This document shows, piece by piece, positions 1-15,600 of a stretch of 64,000 bases of DNA. A model generated the notes under the pieces. That model searched no databases. It saw only the letters and a list, made by a program, of their open reading frames with translations, and was not told the origin of the DNA. Position numbers and translations under genes: made by a program. Numbering within the stretch: the first letter of the stretch is position 1; each line of letters opens with the position of its first letter. The stretch lies in assembly GCF_009914755.1 (NCBI RefSeq), contig NC_060927.1; one strand, written 5' to 3'. The stretch comes from the human T2T-CHM13v2.0 reference genome, Homo sapiens.

Positions 1-148
1 AGGTGATGAATATGTTAATTATTTAATGGCTTCATTATGGTAATCTCTTCACAATGTATATGTATAACAAAAAATCACATCATATACCTATAGTATATAA
101 AATTTTCATTTGTTAATCATAACTCAGTAAAGCTAGGATAAAAAATAA
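1..148 (+). mobile_element. Old L1M (L1MA9/L1MB-like) 3' end fragment
   Basis: Resembles the L1M 3' terminus (GGTGATG..TATGTTAATT..TTCACAATGTATA..CTCAATAAAGCT + A-rich end); subfamily from memory. Confidence 0.7.
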
Positions 149-1935
149 GTTGAGCTGGTTGCAGTACTTTTCAGAGCCTTCAATATGATAGTGGACTCTG
201 TGAATCTCCAAAAAGGGGACACTTATTCAGTGATTGCCAAATGTATCTGACATGGGATGCTTTCTCTACTGGCCATGTCTTTGGGAAATTCTGCCCTTCT
301 CTGCATGCTAACTTGTCTGTTCTCTCTGATGAAGCAGAGCTCTTGTATTCTGCTTATGTATTGCCTGCCTGATCATCTTTTAACAGGCCATGAAGTTTTT
401 TCTCTTTCCCCAAACTTCATGTTTGTCGTCTCTAAGAGGGATAGAAGGAAGTGTGAATTGCTTTTTATAGAGAATTGAGTCACTGATAGTTTGTACTTAA
501 CATACGAGGCAGTGGTTGTCTGTTTTCTTAGGAGACATACAGCTTAGGTCTGAAAAAGGAGATCAGTTATGCTCTCCCTCTTTCAAACCACAGAAGAAAG
601 AATAGGAAAAATGAATTTGCAAAGGTTGTGAATGTGAATGATGGTCTGGGAATATTTAATCCTTAAGGAAAATTGTGGGCAGGTATGATTTTTAAAAATT
701 CATTCTCAATTAACTTTAGATGGTACTTATCAAACATTTCTTATACCCAGCATTATGCTAAAGATAGTGTGGAAAATAATAAGGGGTGTTTTTGTTCCCT
801 GCCCTCAAAGACCTTATGATTGTAAGGGTACATGCAAAAAGTAATGAGGGGAATACGATAATTTAAATCTTCCTATTTTTAGTTTAGATATATTTATAAT
901 AAATGTAAAAATTAAGAATTACCTGCTTGGAAATCAATTGCCTTTGCCACTTAAAGTCTATTTTCTGAACTTCTAGCCTTAAGGTAATTATGTAAAATCA
1001 ACCTCCTCCTTTTGAAAATCACTCCCAGAACATCATGGAATACAGCAATACAAATTCCATCTCATATCAAATCATCTTCCATTAAATTAAATATATAACT
1101 CCTAAAGTATAATGTATGAAGACAGAAGGCAGATGTAGGAATGGTAAATGACTAAGCAGAGTACAGTAGTCATTTACTCAGGTGTCAGATTGCCCTGAAG
1201 AGCCTCATAAAGGCTCAGGAATTAAAGGAATCTGATTTTTCAGATGGTGGTAGTCAAGTGGTGGCTAAAAATAGGGAGGTATTTTGAAAGTCAGTGGGAG
1301 GAGCAATTGTGCCTGTAGTTCTCTAGACTCCTGCCTTCATGACCCCCTCACAAGATGGAAAGAATGGCCCCTGATAGAATTAAACCACAGAGGCTTTAGA
1401 CTTGGAATCCCAGGGACAAAAGAGGGTAGAGGGGAGGTGTAAATGGAAAATAGAGAGCTAAGTGAAAGCCTGCCTTTTACAATAAGCTTCACAGCCCCAT
1501 ACCTCTGTCTAATTCAAAGCTATTACAAGCAGTCTTATACCCTTAGCCCCACACATAAAACTGAGGATTCCTTATCTGGAGAAACTGAATGACCCCCTAG
1601 AAGGATTTGCTTGGGGGAATCCCAAATGAAATATTCAGCTGGCCATGAAATCTAAAATTAGCCCACCAGATGATAAGTTTCAACCATGCACACAACATTT
1701 CTCTTCACTTTTTTTAGCACTTAACTAAAAAAGAAGGAAAAAGAAAGTCAAGGATCACCACATATTCAAGAGAAGCTGTTAATTTATGAAAGAGAGGGAA
1801 AGATAACAAATATTAGAATAAACAAAGACAATGCAAACAAATAGGACTTAAAAGAAACTTTAAAAAAATCTTCAAATAGATAAGACAGTGCATCTATGAA
1901 ACAAGAAGAAATACCTATAAAAAAGAGAACATTTC

Positions 1936-2841
1936 GGAGGAGGAGCCAAGATGGCCGAATAGGAACAGCTCCGGTCTACAGCTCCCAGTGTGAGCGACGC
2001 AGAAGACGGGTGATTTCTGCATTTGCATCTGAGGTACCGGGTTCATCTCACTAGGGAGTGCCAGACAGTGGGCGCAGGCCAGTGTGTGCGCGCAATGTGC
2101 GCGAGCCGAAGCAGGGCGAGGCATTGCCTCACCTGGGAAGTGCAAGGGGTCAGGGAGTTCCCTTTCCGAGGCAAAGAAAGGGGTGACGGAGGCACCTGGA
2201 AAATCGGGTCACTCCCACCCGAATATTGCGCTTTTCAGACCGGCTTAAAAAACGGCGCACCACGAGACTATATCCCACACCTGGCTTGGAGGGTCCTACG
2301 CCCACGGAATCTCGCTGATTGCTAGCACAGCAGTCTGAGATCAAACTGCAAGGCGGCAGCGAGGCTGGGGGAGGGGCGCCCGCCATTGCCCAGGCTTGCT
2401 TAGGTAAACAAAGCAGCCGGGAAGCTCGAACTGGGTGGAGCCCACCACAGCTCAAGGAGGCCTGCCTGCCTCTGTAGGCTCCACCTCTGGGGGCAGGGCA
2501 CAGACAAACAAAAAGACAGCAGTAACCTCTGCAGACTTAAGTGTCCCTGTCTGACAGCTTTGAAGAGAGCAGTGGTTCTCCCAGCACGCAGCTGGAGATC
2601 TGAGAACGGGCAGACTGCCTCCTCAAGTGGGTCCCTGACCCCTGACCCCCGAGCAGCCTAACTGGGAGGCACCCCCCAGCAGGGGCACACTGACACCTCA
2701 CACGGCAGGGTATTCCAACAGACCTGCAGCTGAGGGTCCTGTCTGTTAGAAGGAAAACTAACAAACAGAAAGGACATCCACACCGAAAACCCATCTGTAC
2801 ATCACCATCATCAAAGACCAAAAGCAGATAAAACCACAAAG
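1936..2841 (+). promoter_or_regulatory. L1 5'UTR: internal sense promoter with intact YY1 site, plus antisense promoter
   Basis: CAAGATGGCCG at 1947-1957; CpG-rich 5'UTR of short (post-L1PA3) length; promoter function is established for this L1 class. Confidence 0.85.
2150..2386 (-). CDS. ORF0: L1 antisense ORF0, open, extended to 78 aa by stop loss
   Basis: ATG at 2386 gives MAGAPPPASLPPCSLISDCC...RHPFL (71 aa, the ORF0 sequence); the usual stop at 2171-2173 reads TGC, adding CLGKGTP. Confidence 0.8.
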   Translation of the reverse strand: MAGAPPPASLPPCSLISDCCASNQRDSVGVGPSKPGVGYSLVVRRFLSRSEKRNIRVGVTRFSRCLRHPFLCLGKGTP

Positions 2842-3858
2842 ATGGGGAAAAAACAGAACAGAAAAACTGGAAACTCTAAAACGCAGAGCGCCTCTCCTCC
2901 TCCAAAGGAACGCAGTTCCTCACCAGCAACGGAACAAAGCTGGATGGAGAATGACTTTGACGAGCTGAGAGAAGAAGGTTTCAGACGATCAAATTACTCT
3001 GAGCTACGGGAGGACATTCAAACCAAAGGCAAAGAAGTTGAAAACTTTGAAAAAAATTTAGAAGAATGTATAACTAGAATAACCAATACAGAGAAGTGCT
3101 TAAAGGAGCTGATGGAGCTGAAAACCAAGGCTCGAGAACTACGTGAAGAATGCAGAAGCCTCAGGAGCCGATGCGATCAACTGGAAGAAAGGGTATCAGC
3201 AATGGAAGATGAAATGAATGAAATGAAGCGAGAAGGGAAGTTTAGAGAAAAAAGAATAAAAAGAAATGAGCAAAGCCTCCAAGAAATATGGGACTATGTG
3301 AAAAGACCAAATCTACGTCTGATTGGTGTACCTGAAAGTGATGAGGAGAATGGAACCAAGTTGGAAAACACTCTGCAGGATATTATCCAGGAGAACTTCC
3401 CCAATCTAGCAAGGCAGGCCAACGTTCAGATTCAGGAAATACAGAGAATGCCACAAAGATACTCCTCGAGAAGAGCAACTCCAAGACACATAATTGTCAG
3501 ATTCACCAAAGTTGAAATGAAGGAACAAGTGTTAAGGGCAGCCAGAGAGAAAGGTCGGGTTACCCTCAAAGGGAAGCCCATCAGACTAACAGCGGATCTC
3601 TCAGCAGAAACCCTACAAGCCAGAAGAGAGTGGGGGCCAATATTCAACATTCTTTAAGAAAAGAATTTTCAACCCAGAATTTCATATCCAGCCAAACTAA
3701 GCTTCATAAGTGAAGGAGAAATAAAATCCTTTACAGACAAGCAAATGCTGAGAGATTTTGTCACCACCAGGCCTGCCCTAAAAGAGCTCCTGAAGGAAGC
3801 GCTAAACATGGAAAGGAACAACCGGTACCAGCCGCTGCAAAATCATGCCAAAATGTAA
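2842..3858 (+). pseudogene. ORF1: L1 ORF1 (RNA-binding protein) with nonsense mutation
   Basis: MGKKQNRKTGNSKTQSASPPPKERSSSP...; premature TAA at 3655-3657 (codon 272); normal stop at 3856-3858. Confidence 0.95.
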
Positions 3859-3921
3859 AGACCATGGAGACTAGGAAGAAACTGCATCAACTAACGAGCA
3901 AAATCACCAGCTAACATCATA

Positions 3922-7750
<3,829 letters not shown>

Positions 7751-8195
7751 ACAATGAGATCACATGGACACAGGAAGGGGAATATCACACTCTGGGGACT
7801 GTGGTGGGGTGGGGGGAGGGGGGAGGGATAGCATTGGGAGATATACCTAATGCTAGATGACGAGTTAGTGGGTGCAGCGCACCAGCATGGCACATGTATA
7901 CATATGTAACTAACCTGCACAATGTGCACATGTACCCTAAAACTTAAAGTATAATTAAAAAAAAAAAAAAAAGAACATTTCTTCAGAAATAAAATCTATG
8001 ATGGGGAAAAAAATAGTTAAAGGGTTACAATATAGAGACAGGAAATCTCTCCCTCCAAAACCAATAACAATTGCAACAAACAATAAAAGTGGACATCTGG
8101 GGGTAAACAATAAGAAAATTAGAAGCCCTATTCAGTAGCCCCATTAGTTGATTAATTAAAATTCTAGAAGAAGAGAATTGAAGATATAGTAGAAA

Positions 8196-9131
8196 GACAC
8201 TTGGTTTGGGTTCCCTTGGAAACTGACTCTTAATTATGGGTTTGAGTTCAAGTCATTTTTGGGACACGATCCCAGGAACGACAGTAGGATTGTAAGACAG
8301 TGAGACAGGAAGGAAAGAAAGCTAATAAAGCCAATTGGGAAGGAAAGAAAGCTATAAAGCCAATTATTACAATAGGCAACTGGAGCTCAATCGAGTTAGG
8401 AGAGTTTGGAACAACATGAGAGTTGTCAAAACAAAAGATAAGGAAGGTGTGGCATTAATCCACCACTTCTTTTATGCCACTGTTTGAGGGAAGCTCGCAG
8501 GGATATTTGGCTCATTCTTAGGCAGGTGGAATATGCTCCCCATGGCCAGTAGGGGAAAAAATCCCTTGTGCATGCAGAGTTACAGGAGTCCAAAATCAGC
8601 AAATAGATAAGTTTCTTAGGTCTTCTGTAACAAATTACCACACACTAGGTGACTTAAAACAACTGAAATTTATTTTCTCACAGTTCAGGAGGCCAGAAGT
8701 TTAAAATCAGTATGTCAGCATGGTTGGTTCCATCTAAAAGCTCTGAGGGAGAAATCATTCCATGTCTCTGTCCTTGCTTCTAGTGGTTCTTGGCACTCTT
8801 AGGCATTCCTTGGCTTTGTAGATACATCACTTTAGTCTCTGCCTCCAGAGTCACATTGCCTTCTCTGTGTGTCTCTGTATCTCTGTGTGCCCTCTCCTTT
8901 TCTTATAAGGACCGCAGTCATTGGATTGAGGGCCCATCCTAATTCAGTATGATCTCATCTTGATCCTTCACTAATTGCATCTGCAAAGACTCTATTTCCA
9001 AATAAGGTCACCTTCTTAGGTTTCAAGTGAACATGTATTTTGAGAGAATACTATTAAACTCACTATAGTCGCCTTTTGCATGGAGGTGATGATGCTGAGG
9101 TGGTATAAACAGGGAAATACTACCTGCTACA
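8196..9131 (-). mobile_element. LTR16-family (ERVL) solo LTR interrupted by MLT1C
   Basis: GGGTTCCC..GACTCT..GATCCCAGGAA..GTGAGACAGG..GGCAACTGGAGCTCAATC pattern; resumes after 9068 and ends TGCTACA. Confidence 0.55.
8608..9068 (-). mobile_element. MLT1C-like MaLR solo LTR
   Basis: GTAACAAATTACCAC..CTTAAAACAAC..CTCACAGTTC.GGAGGCCAGAAGT..GCAAAGACTCTATTTCCAAATAAGGTCAC. Confidence 0.8.
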
Positions 9132-9251
9132 AAAAATTATCAAAGAATAATGTGAGGAAATTTTCAAGGTCTTGTGAAAACATGATTTAAAGAATTCACT
9201 AAGTACACATCACAACAGAGGTAAACAGACCTTCGCTGAGATATACCATGG

Positions 9252-10062
9252 TGAAAGTTTTCAGAATCCAAATGGAGTCACTAATGTTAAGAAAACTCTA
9301 ACACATAGAGCCAGGGAAGGCTACAAAGAGAGGGTTCCCATGCTTGTTTGCCTGATAACAAACTATCATGAAAGACTGCAAAAAGCACCACCTTGCACAA
9401 AGGCCATTGCAAACTTACAGCAAAAATACTTTTGATATAAGGACAAAAATACTTTTGCAAGGACGTCTACCCAGCAACCGCCTGTTCAACCTCAGACTGG
9501 CATCACCATTTTTATAGCTAAGGATAATTATTTCAAGACAATTGTGTAGTCCTCCTAGGTTTTTCCTTTAAAAACCTTTGTTTTCCTATACTTCTCTAGT
9601 AAGTTTACCATGGCATGTGTATTCCCATTGCAATGTTCTAATCCTAAATACATATATATATAACAAAGAGATTATAATTATATATAATACAGAATATATA
9701 TATAATATATAATATATAATACATATAATACATATATAACATACATATAACATATATAATACATATATAACAAATACATATAAACAACAGAGAGAAGCTC
9801 TCTAAATATGTATATATATTTAATTCTATTTAATTTCTAAGGATTAGAATTAAAATTCCATTACAATTAAATATATATATATATATATTTAGAGACTCTC
9901 ATTTAATTCTAATCCTAAGGATTAGAATTAAATTTATTAAATACATTTATTAAATTAAGTAGATTAAATAAATTAAATTTATTAAAAAAATAGATTATAA
10001 TGGAATTTTAATTCCATTACAATCCAAACAGAGCCTCTCTCTGTTTATTATTTAGGTTGTCA
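9252..10062 (+). mobile_element. ERV1-class solo LTR (MER67-like) with internal AT-rich insertion
   Basis: TG...CA ends (TGAAAGTTTTCAGAATCCAAATGGAGTCAC ... TTTAGGTTGTCA); family name from memory; no TSD seen. Confidence 0.5.
9645..10030. repeat. AT-rich low-complexity tract with palindromes
   Basis: (TA)n and (ACATATATA)n-like runs; inverted repeats at 9901-9933 and 9998-10019. Confidence 0.85.
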
Positions 10063-10133
10063 CTATCATAAAATTTCAGGACACCAGAGATAAAAAGAAG
10101 AGAATGGAGTTCTCCAGAGTGAATGCAGAGACA

Positions 10134-10136
<3 letters not shown>

Positions 10137-10180
<44 letters not shown>
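10137..10180 (+). repeat. (CA)n microsatellite
   Basis: About 22 perfect CA units. Confidence 0.97.
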
Positions 10181-10182
<2 letters not shown>

Positions 10183-11344
10183 ACATATGTATGTATTTAT
10201 TTGGGATCAGAATGACATAGGATTCTCAATGATGACATTGAAAGCTGGGACAATGAAACAAGAGCTTCAAAATTCTGGGGAAAATTATTTTCAGCCTAGA
10301 AATTTATGCCTTCCAAACAATCAAGCATGAGGATAAGAAAAAAAAGAGTTTTTTAGACTTTCATATTTCAAAATAATTACCTTTGATGCAGACTTTTTCT
10401 TTGTTCTAGTAAAAAGAAAGAATGGACTAAAACAGAGGAAGAAAATCCAGAAAAGGAGGACTCCAATCCAGATTAAAGGAATTTCCAAAATGGTGGCTGA
10501 GACAAAACCTGGGGTTCAAGTCATGTTACAGAGATGGTGTTCCAGATTAGTGCAGAATAGTGGGCTCAAGAAGAAATGCCTTCAAGAAAAGATTGAAACC
10601 AACACACTACAAGTTTGACATTGGAAAAGTTGAATTGAAGAGTTGTTGGAAGGTATGGAAAGAGTTTATTGATTTACATAAAACTGAGCAATAAAAATTG
10701 AGAAGTCAATTTTAACTCCAGGTGAAATAAAAGTGGTATTAGAAATTAAATGTAATGATGGTACACCATTTGACTGAGCATTGAGAGATATTTATAGAGT
10801 CATAATAATAAAAACACTGATATGTAATCAAAAATTGTGATAGAATATGATTGAAACGGTAGAGACAAGGAAAATGGAATGTAAAAGAACTAAAATCTTC
10901 ATCTCCCTAAAAAGAAGTCAGTAGACAATGTCTAAATTTGTGCATTCAAGAAAACAGTGTCAGAATTTTTGTAAAAAGAAATATAAGGTAATGACCAGAA
11001 GAAACAGCTAAAGGGTTTAAAGTCATTGCCCCTAGGAGATCAAGAGATAATAAGTAAATGTGACTTGAGAGTGTTGAGTATGTCTTGGTGATTTGGGGTT
11101 TCTGGTTCTCTTCTTTGAGTCCCAGGTTTCTGAAGCTCTTCTCCTAATTCTGTGAGCTGCCTCAGTTTCTTCCCTGATGATTCCTAAAATATTCTTTTCC
11201 ACTTAATCCACTTTGAATTAAAATTCCATTATAATTAAGAGCCCAAGCTATTGCAATGATCGATGTGGAGCCCATTGATGTATCTATCCTGACAATTCTA
11301 TTTAAAACGTTAGTCCTGATCCATGCCTAATGCACAGTCTGTTC

Positions 11345-11815
11345 TACATACTGTGTAGACCAAGATCCTTATTATGGCATGAGGTTAGCCATATTCTGGC
11401 ATCCTCCCCTGGCTTACCTCCCATCATTCCTAATCTCATGTCACACTCCAGCCACAATGAACTTCTTTCAGTTCCCTGACCCTGCTCCCATTCCTGCTCT
11501 TATCCCCATTATATCCTCCCCCACTCTCACCATCACCATGCTTTTTATAACCACTGTTCTTTTTTACATATAGACAATTCTTACTTATTTTTCCAGACTT
11601 AGCTGAATTGTCCCCTCCCTCAGCCTTCTCTGATTTAGTAAATTCGCCTTAACTCTCAGTGTTAGCACTTAAAACATTGCATTATAATTTTGCAATTCTA
11701 CTTTTGTATTTTCCTTTAGACAAAAAAAACTTCTTAAAGACTAGAACTGTGAAACAATCATCTTCGTACCCCCAGCACCTGTAGTTGTTCCTCAATAAGT
11801 GTGTATTAAACTGAA
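11345..11815 (+). mobile_element. L2 3' fragment
   Basis: CACTCCAGCCACA..TTCTTTCAGTTCC and CTCAATAAGTGTGTATTAAACTGAA L2-like end. Confidence 0.55.
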
Positions 11816-11861
11816 CAACTTAACTTGTGTATACACAGCAAAGATGAATGTGATTATGTTG

Positions 11862-12970
11862 GTATTTCAGTTATCTATTGCTGCAGAAAAACCACCCCTA
11901 AATATAGTAGCTTAAAACAGTGTGATGGTTAATTTTAGGTGTCAGCTTGACTGGATTCAGGAATATCCAGATAAGTGATAAAGCATTATTTCTGGGTATG
12001 TCTGTGAGGGTGTCTCTGGAAGATACTTGAATCACAGGACTGAATAAGGAAGAGCTGCCCTCAGCGTGGCCGGGCAACATCTAATCGGCTGAAAGCTTGG
12101 ATCGAATGAAAAGGCAGAGGAAAGGTGAATTTTCTTTTTATCCTGGAGCTGGACACCCTGTTTCTCCTGCCTGTGGACATCAGAATTCTAGGCTCTGTGG
12201 CATTTCAACTGTAAAACTTGCACTAGTAGCCAGCTGGTTTCTCAAGTCGTTGGCTTCAAAACTGAGAAGTACAGCATTCTCTTCCCAGGTTCTGAAGACC
12301 TCAAATGGACTGAGCCACACTACCAGCATCCAGCATCCATGGTTCTCCAGTCTGCAGATGGCCTATTATGGGACTTTTCAGTCTTCATAATTATGTAAGC
12401 CTATTTCCTTAATCTTCTCTCATCTATCTACCTCTATGTATCTCCTGTTGGTTCTGTCTCTCCAGAGAACCTCAACTAATACGAACAGTAACCACTCATT
12501 TTCTTATGATTCTGAAATCTGGGCATGGCAAGTGGGTACAGCTTGTCACTGCTTTATGTGGTGTTGGCTGGGGCCACACATGTGGATTCACTGAGCTGAG
12601 AATTCAGCGAGAGCTGGAACATCTGCAATAGTTTCACACACGTGTCTGGCACCTCAGCTGGGATGGCAGGAATGGCACAGGCTGGTTGGCCCCATCTCCC
12701 TGTCCATAAGGGTTCATGTGGTCCCCCATCAGTTAGTTATATTGCCTGAGTTCCTTCACATGGGATCCCAAGAGAACAACAACAAAAAGCTGCTAAGATT
12801 CTTAAGGTCTCATTTGAGAATGTATAGTGTCGTTTCTGTTGCACTCTGTTGATCCAAGCAACTCACAAGGCCAGCCCAGATTCAAGGGAGAGAATAATAG
12901 TTTTCAGCTCCTGGTGGGAGGAGAGAAATGTGCATTCAAGGATGGCAGCTCTTGTTGCATCCATCCTGAC
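11862..12970 (-). mobile_element. MLT1 (H/I-like) MaLR LTR split by an MLT2 insertion
   Basis: GTTATCTATTGCTGC..AACCACCCC..GCTTAAAACA; resumes at 12489; TCACAAGGCCAGCCCAGATTCAAGGG. Confidence 0.65.
11921..12483 (+). mobile_element. MLT2 (HERV-L) solo LTR with 5-bp TSD
   Basis: TGTGATGGTTAATTTTAGGTGTCAGCTTGACTGG ... GAGAACCTCAACTAATAC; TSD AACAG at 11916-11920 and 12484-12488. Confidence 0.88.
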
Positions 12971-13508
12971 AATCTAATTTTGATAATTCAATTGTGTAGC
13001 TTAATCAGATAATTTCAATCTTAAATGTTTGAACTAAAATATTTATTTTTGTGGATTACATTATTAGATTATCACTATGTAAGTCAAGCAGTGTGATTGA
13101 GGCGGAGGCACCTTGTTTTGTAGAAATTGTTATTGTATTTTAACTTCAAAGATAAAAATCAATCAATGAATCATGATATTTTATGAGCGATGCTTAGCCA
13201 TGGTGCTGATGCACTTTTCTGCAAATTATAAGATGATTTGCTCCTGTAGAAAGCTAATGGAGAAAGAAGCAACTAATGTGGCTCTAGGATAGAAGAAACT
13301 TTTCACTGAAAATTACCTAAATGAGATTTCTGAAAATATTAACTGTCTTCAGCCAAAATTTAAAATAATGTGTATGTTTAAAATAATCCATAATATTCAG
13401 CCAGTCTGTCCGGGGACATACTTTTGCACATTAATATTTTAGAAAATATGGAACTCTAACGGAATAATGAATGGCTATACCTGCATTTTAGACATGTCTA
13501 TTACACTA

Positions 13509-13823
<315 letters not shown>

Positions 13824-14199
13824 AATATAGTATGGACGCAGCTTTTTAATTACTTTCCATCATTGCTGCAGTCAATGAAGCAGCTTCATTACCCACTATA
13901 ATGCCTTGCTTGTAATAAATCTTTATAAAACCTAAAAAGAGTTTCCAATTCTAAAATTCTAGCAACAGGCTTTTCTGCCTAGCTTTGCTTGGAGCTGAAT
14001 GCATAAATGAGCCTTACTGGCTTGTTACCTGGTAAGACAAATGATGCAAATAAAATAAGTAATAGAACTTATGCCATTTCCTATTTTTATTTGAATATCC
14101 TTTTTTGCATTTCAATATATTTTAAATTATTTGTTAATAACAATTAACCACTTGGACAGAAGAGTCAAGGCATTGATTGTGGCTTAAGAGAACTAGAGA

Positions 14200-14390
14200 A
14201 AATATCTGAAATCTTGGGTTCTTAGTTTGTTTCTGCTACTTTCTAGCTGTTCCTCAGCCTTAGGCAGGTCTCTTAAACTCCCTGAACCTTATTTTCTTCA
14301 GTTGTGTAAAAGGGATGAGCTCAGATTCTCTGCTTTCTTCACAGATGAGAGAAAGAAAATGAAAAGGATTTGTAAACTATAAATCTCTAA
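14200..14390 (+). mobile_element. MIR fragment
   Basis: CCTTAGGCAGGTCTCTTAAACTCCCTGAACCTTATTTTCTTCA resembles the MIR core. Confidence 0.6.
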
Positions 14391-14477
14391 ACAGATGGGA
14401 GGAAAGGAATTGATGAAACAATAAATTTATTGATGAAACAATAAAAATAAACATAAAGAACCAAAGGTAGGTTTGGA

Positions 14478-15600
14478 CATTCATTAATTTACTCTTGTAA
14501 TATTTATTGAGTAGCTTGTATGTGGTAGGTACCATACTCAGGGCGGGAGATTAGTGATGAACAAGACAGATGAGCTCCCACAACTCACCACATCTTGCTG
14601 CCAGACAGGAGAGACATAAGTTACACATGTAAGCAAACAGTTAATATCCCTATAAAAAGTGCTATGGAGAAAAGAAGCAGGACACTAAGAGAGAAAGAAA
14701 CAAGGAAAACCAACACAGTAAATTTTTCTGGCTGAGGAAACTAAGCCTGGAGGGTGGGATGGAGTTAGACCAGCAAATAAAGGGGTATGCAGGAATGTCC
14801 AAAGCAAAAACAACTCAAGGATGACAAGTGTGGCAAGAGCACTTAACAGAAACCTGTGATAGCAGACATGTAAGCTATGAAAGGGGTTTGACTTTGATTC
14901 TAAGTGCAAGGAAAGCCACTGAAGGCTTTTAAGCAGGAGAGTGACGGGATTTAGAATTATGCTTTAGAAAATTCATTTTTACTCTTTGATTGTGAGGGTC
15001 AAGAATGGAAAGAGGAAGCTACTGCAGAGGACCAGGAGAGTGATGATGATGGCTTAGATTAAGGGACAGGCTTTTCTGTCTAGTTTTCTGTCTAGTAAAA
15101 CTAGACAGAAACTAGAGCCTTCTTGCTTGTTCCCTGATAAGATAAGCAATGCTAATAAACTAAGTCTAAATAGAACGTATGCCTTTTCTTGCATTTCAAT
15201 GTATTTTAATTTCTTTGTTAATAACAATTAACCACTTGTACAGAAGAGTCGAGGCATTGAGGTGTAAGAGAACTAGAAATAATTCTCTCATAAGCAGTAG
15301 AAATAGTAGGAATTAGGTTCAAGACACATGTTGGAGGTGGAATTAAGAGGATTTGTTGATAGAATAATAATAATTGGGAAGGAGAAAAAGGTAATTCTAA
15401 GGTTTCTAGCTTGAGCAACTAGGAGGGGGATTCTGCTATTTACAGAAATGGGGAAGCTGGAACATGTTTCTAAGGGAAATAAAAATATACCTTTATGGCA
15501 TGTTAAATTTTGACATCCAAATGAAACTATCAACAACGCAGTTAGCTAGGCAATCAAAGAATGAGCTAAAGAAATATGAGAGTCATGACAGTACAGATTC
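14478..15600 (-). mobile_element. L2 fragment interrupted by a ~210-bp local copy
   Basis: ATATTTATTGAGTAGCTTGTATGTG (L2 3' end, reverse); GCCACTGAAGGCTTTTAAGCAGGAGAGTGAC; GGTTTCTAGCTTGAGCAACT. Confidence 0.75.

Noticed and set aside
7794-7827. G-quadruplex-forming G tract (also ~21333-21366)
   Set aside because: Standard feature of primate L1 3'UTRs
8308-8365. Short tandem duplications (also ~9421-9457, 14410-14445, 48025-48052)
   Set aside because: Two-copy 14-29 bp slippage duplications, common in neutral DNA; not a CRISPR-like array
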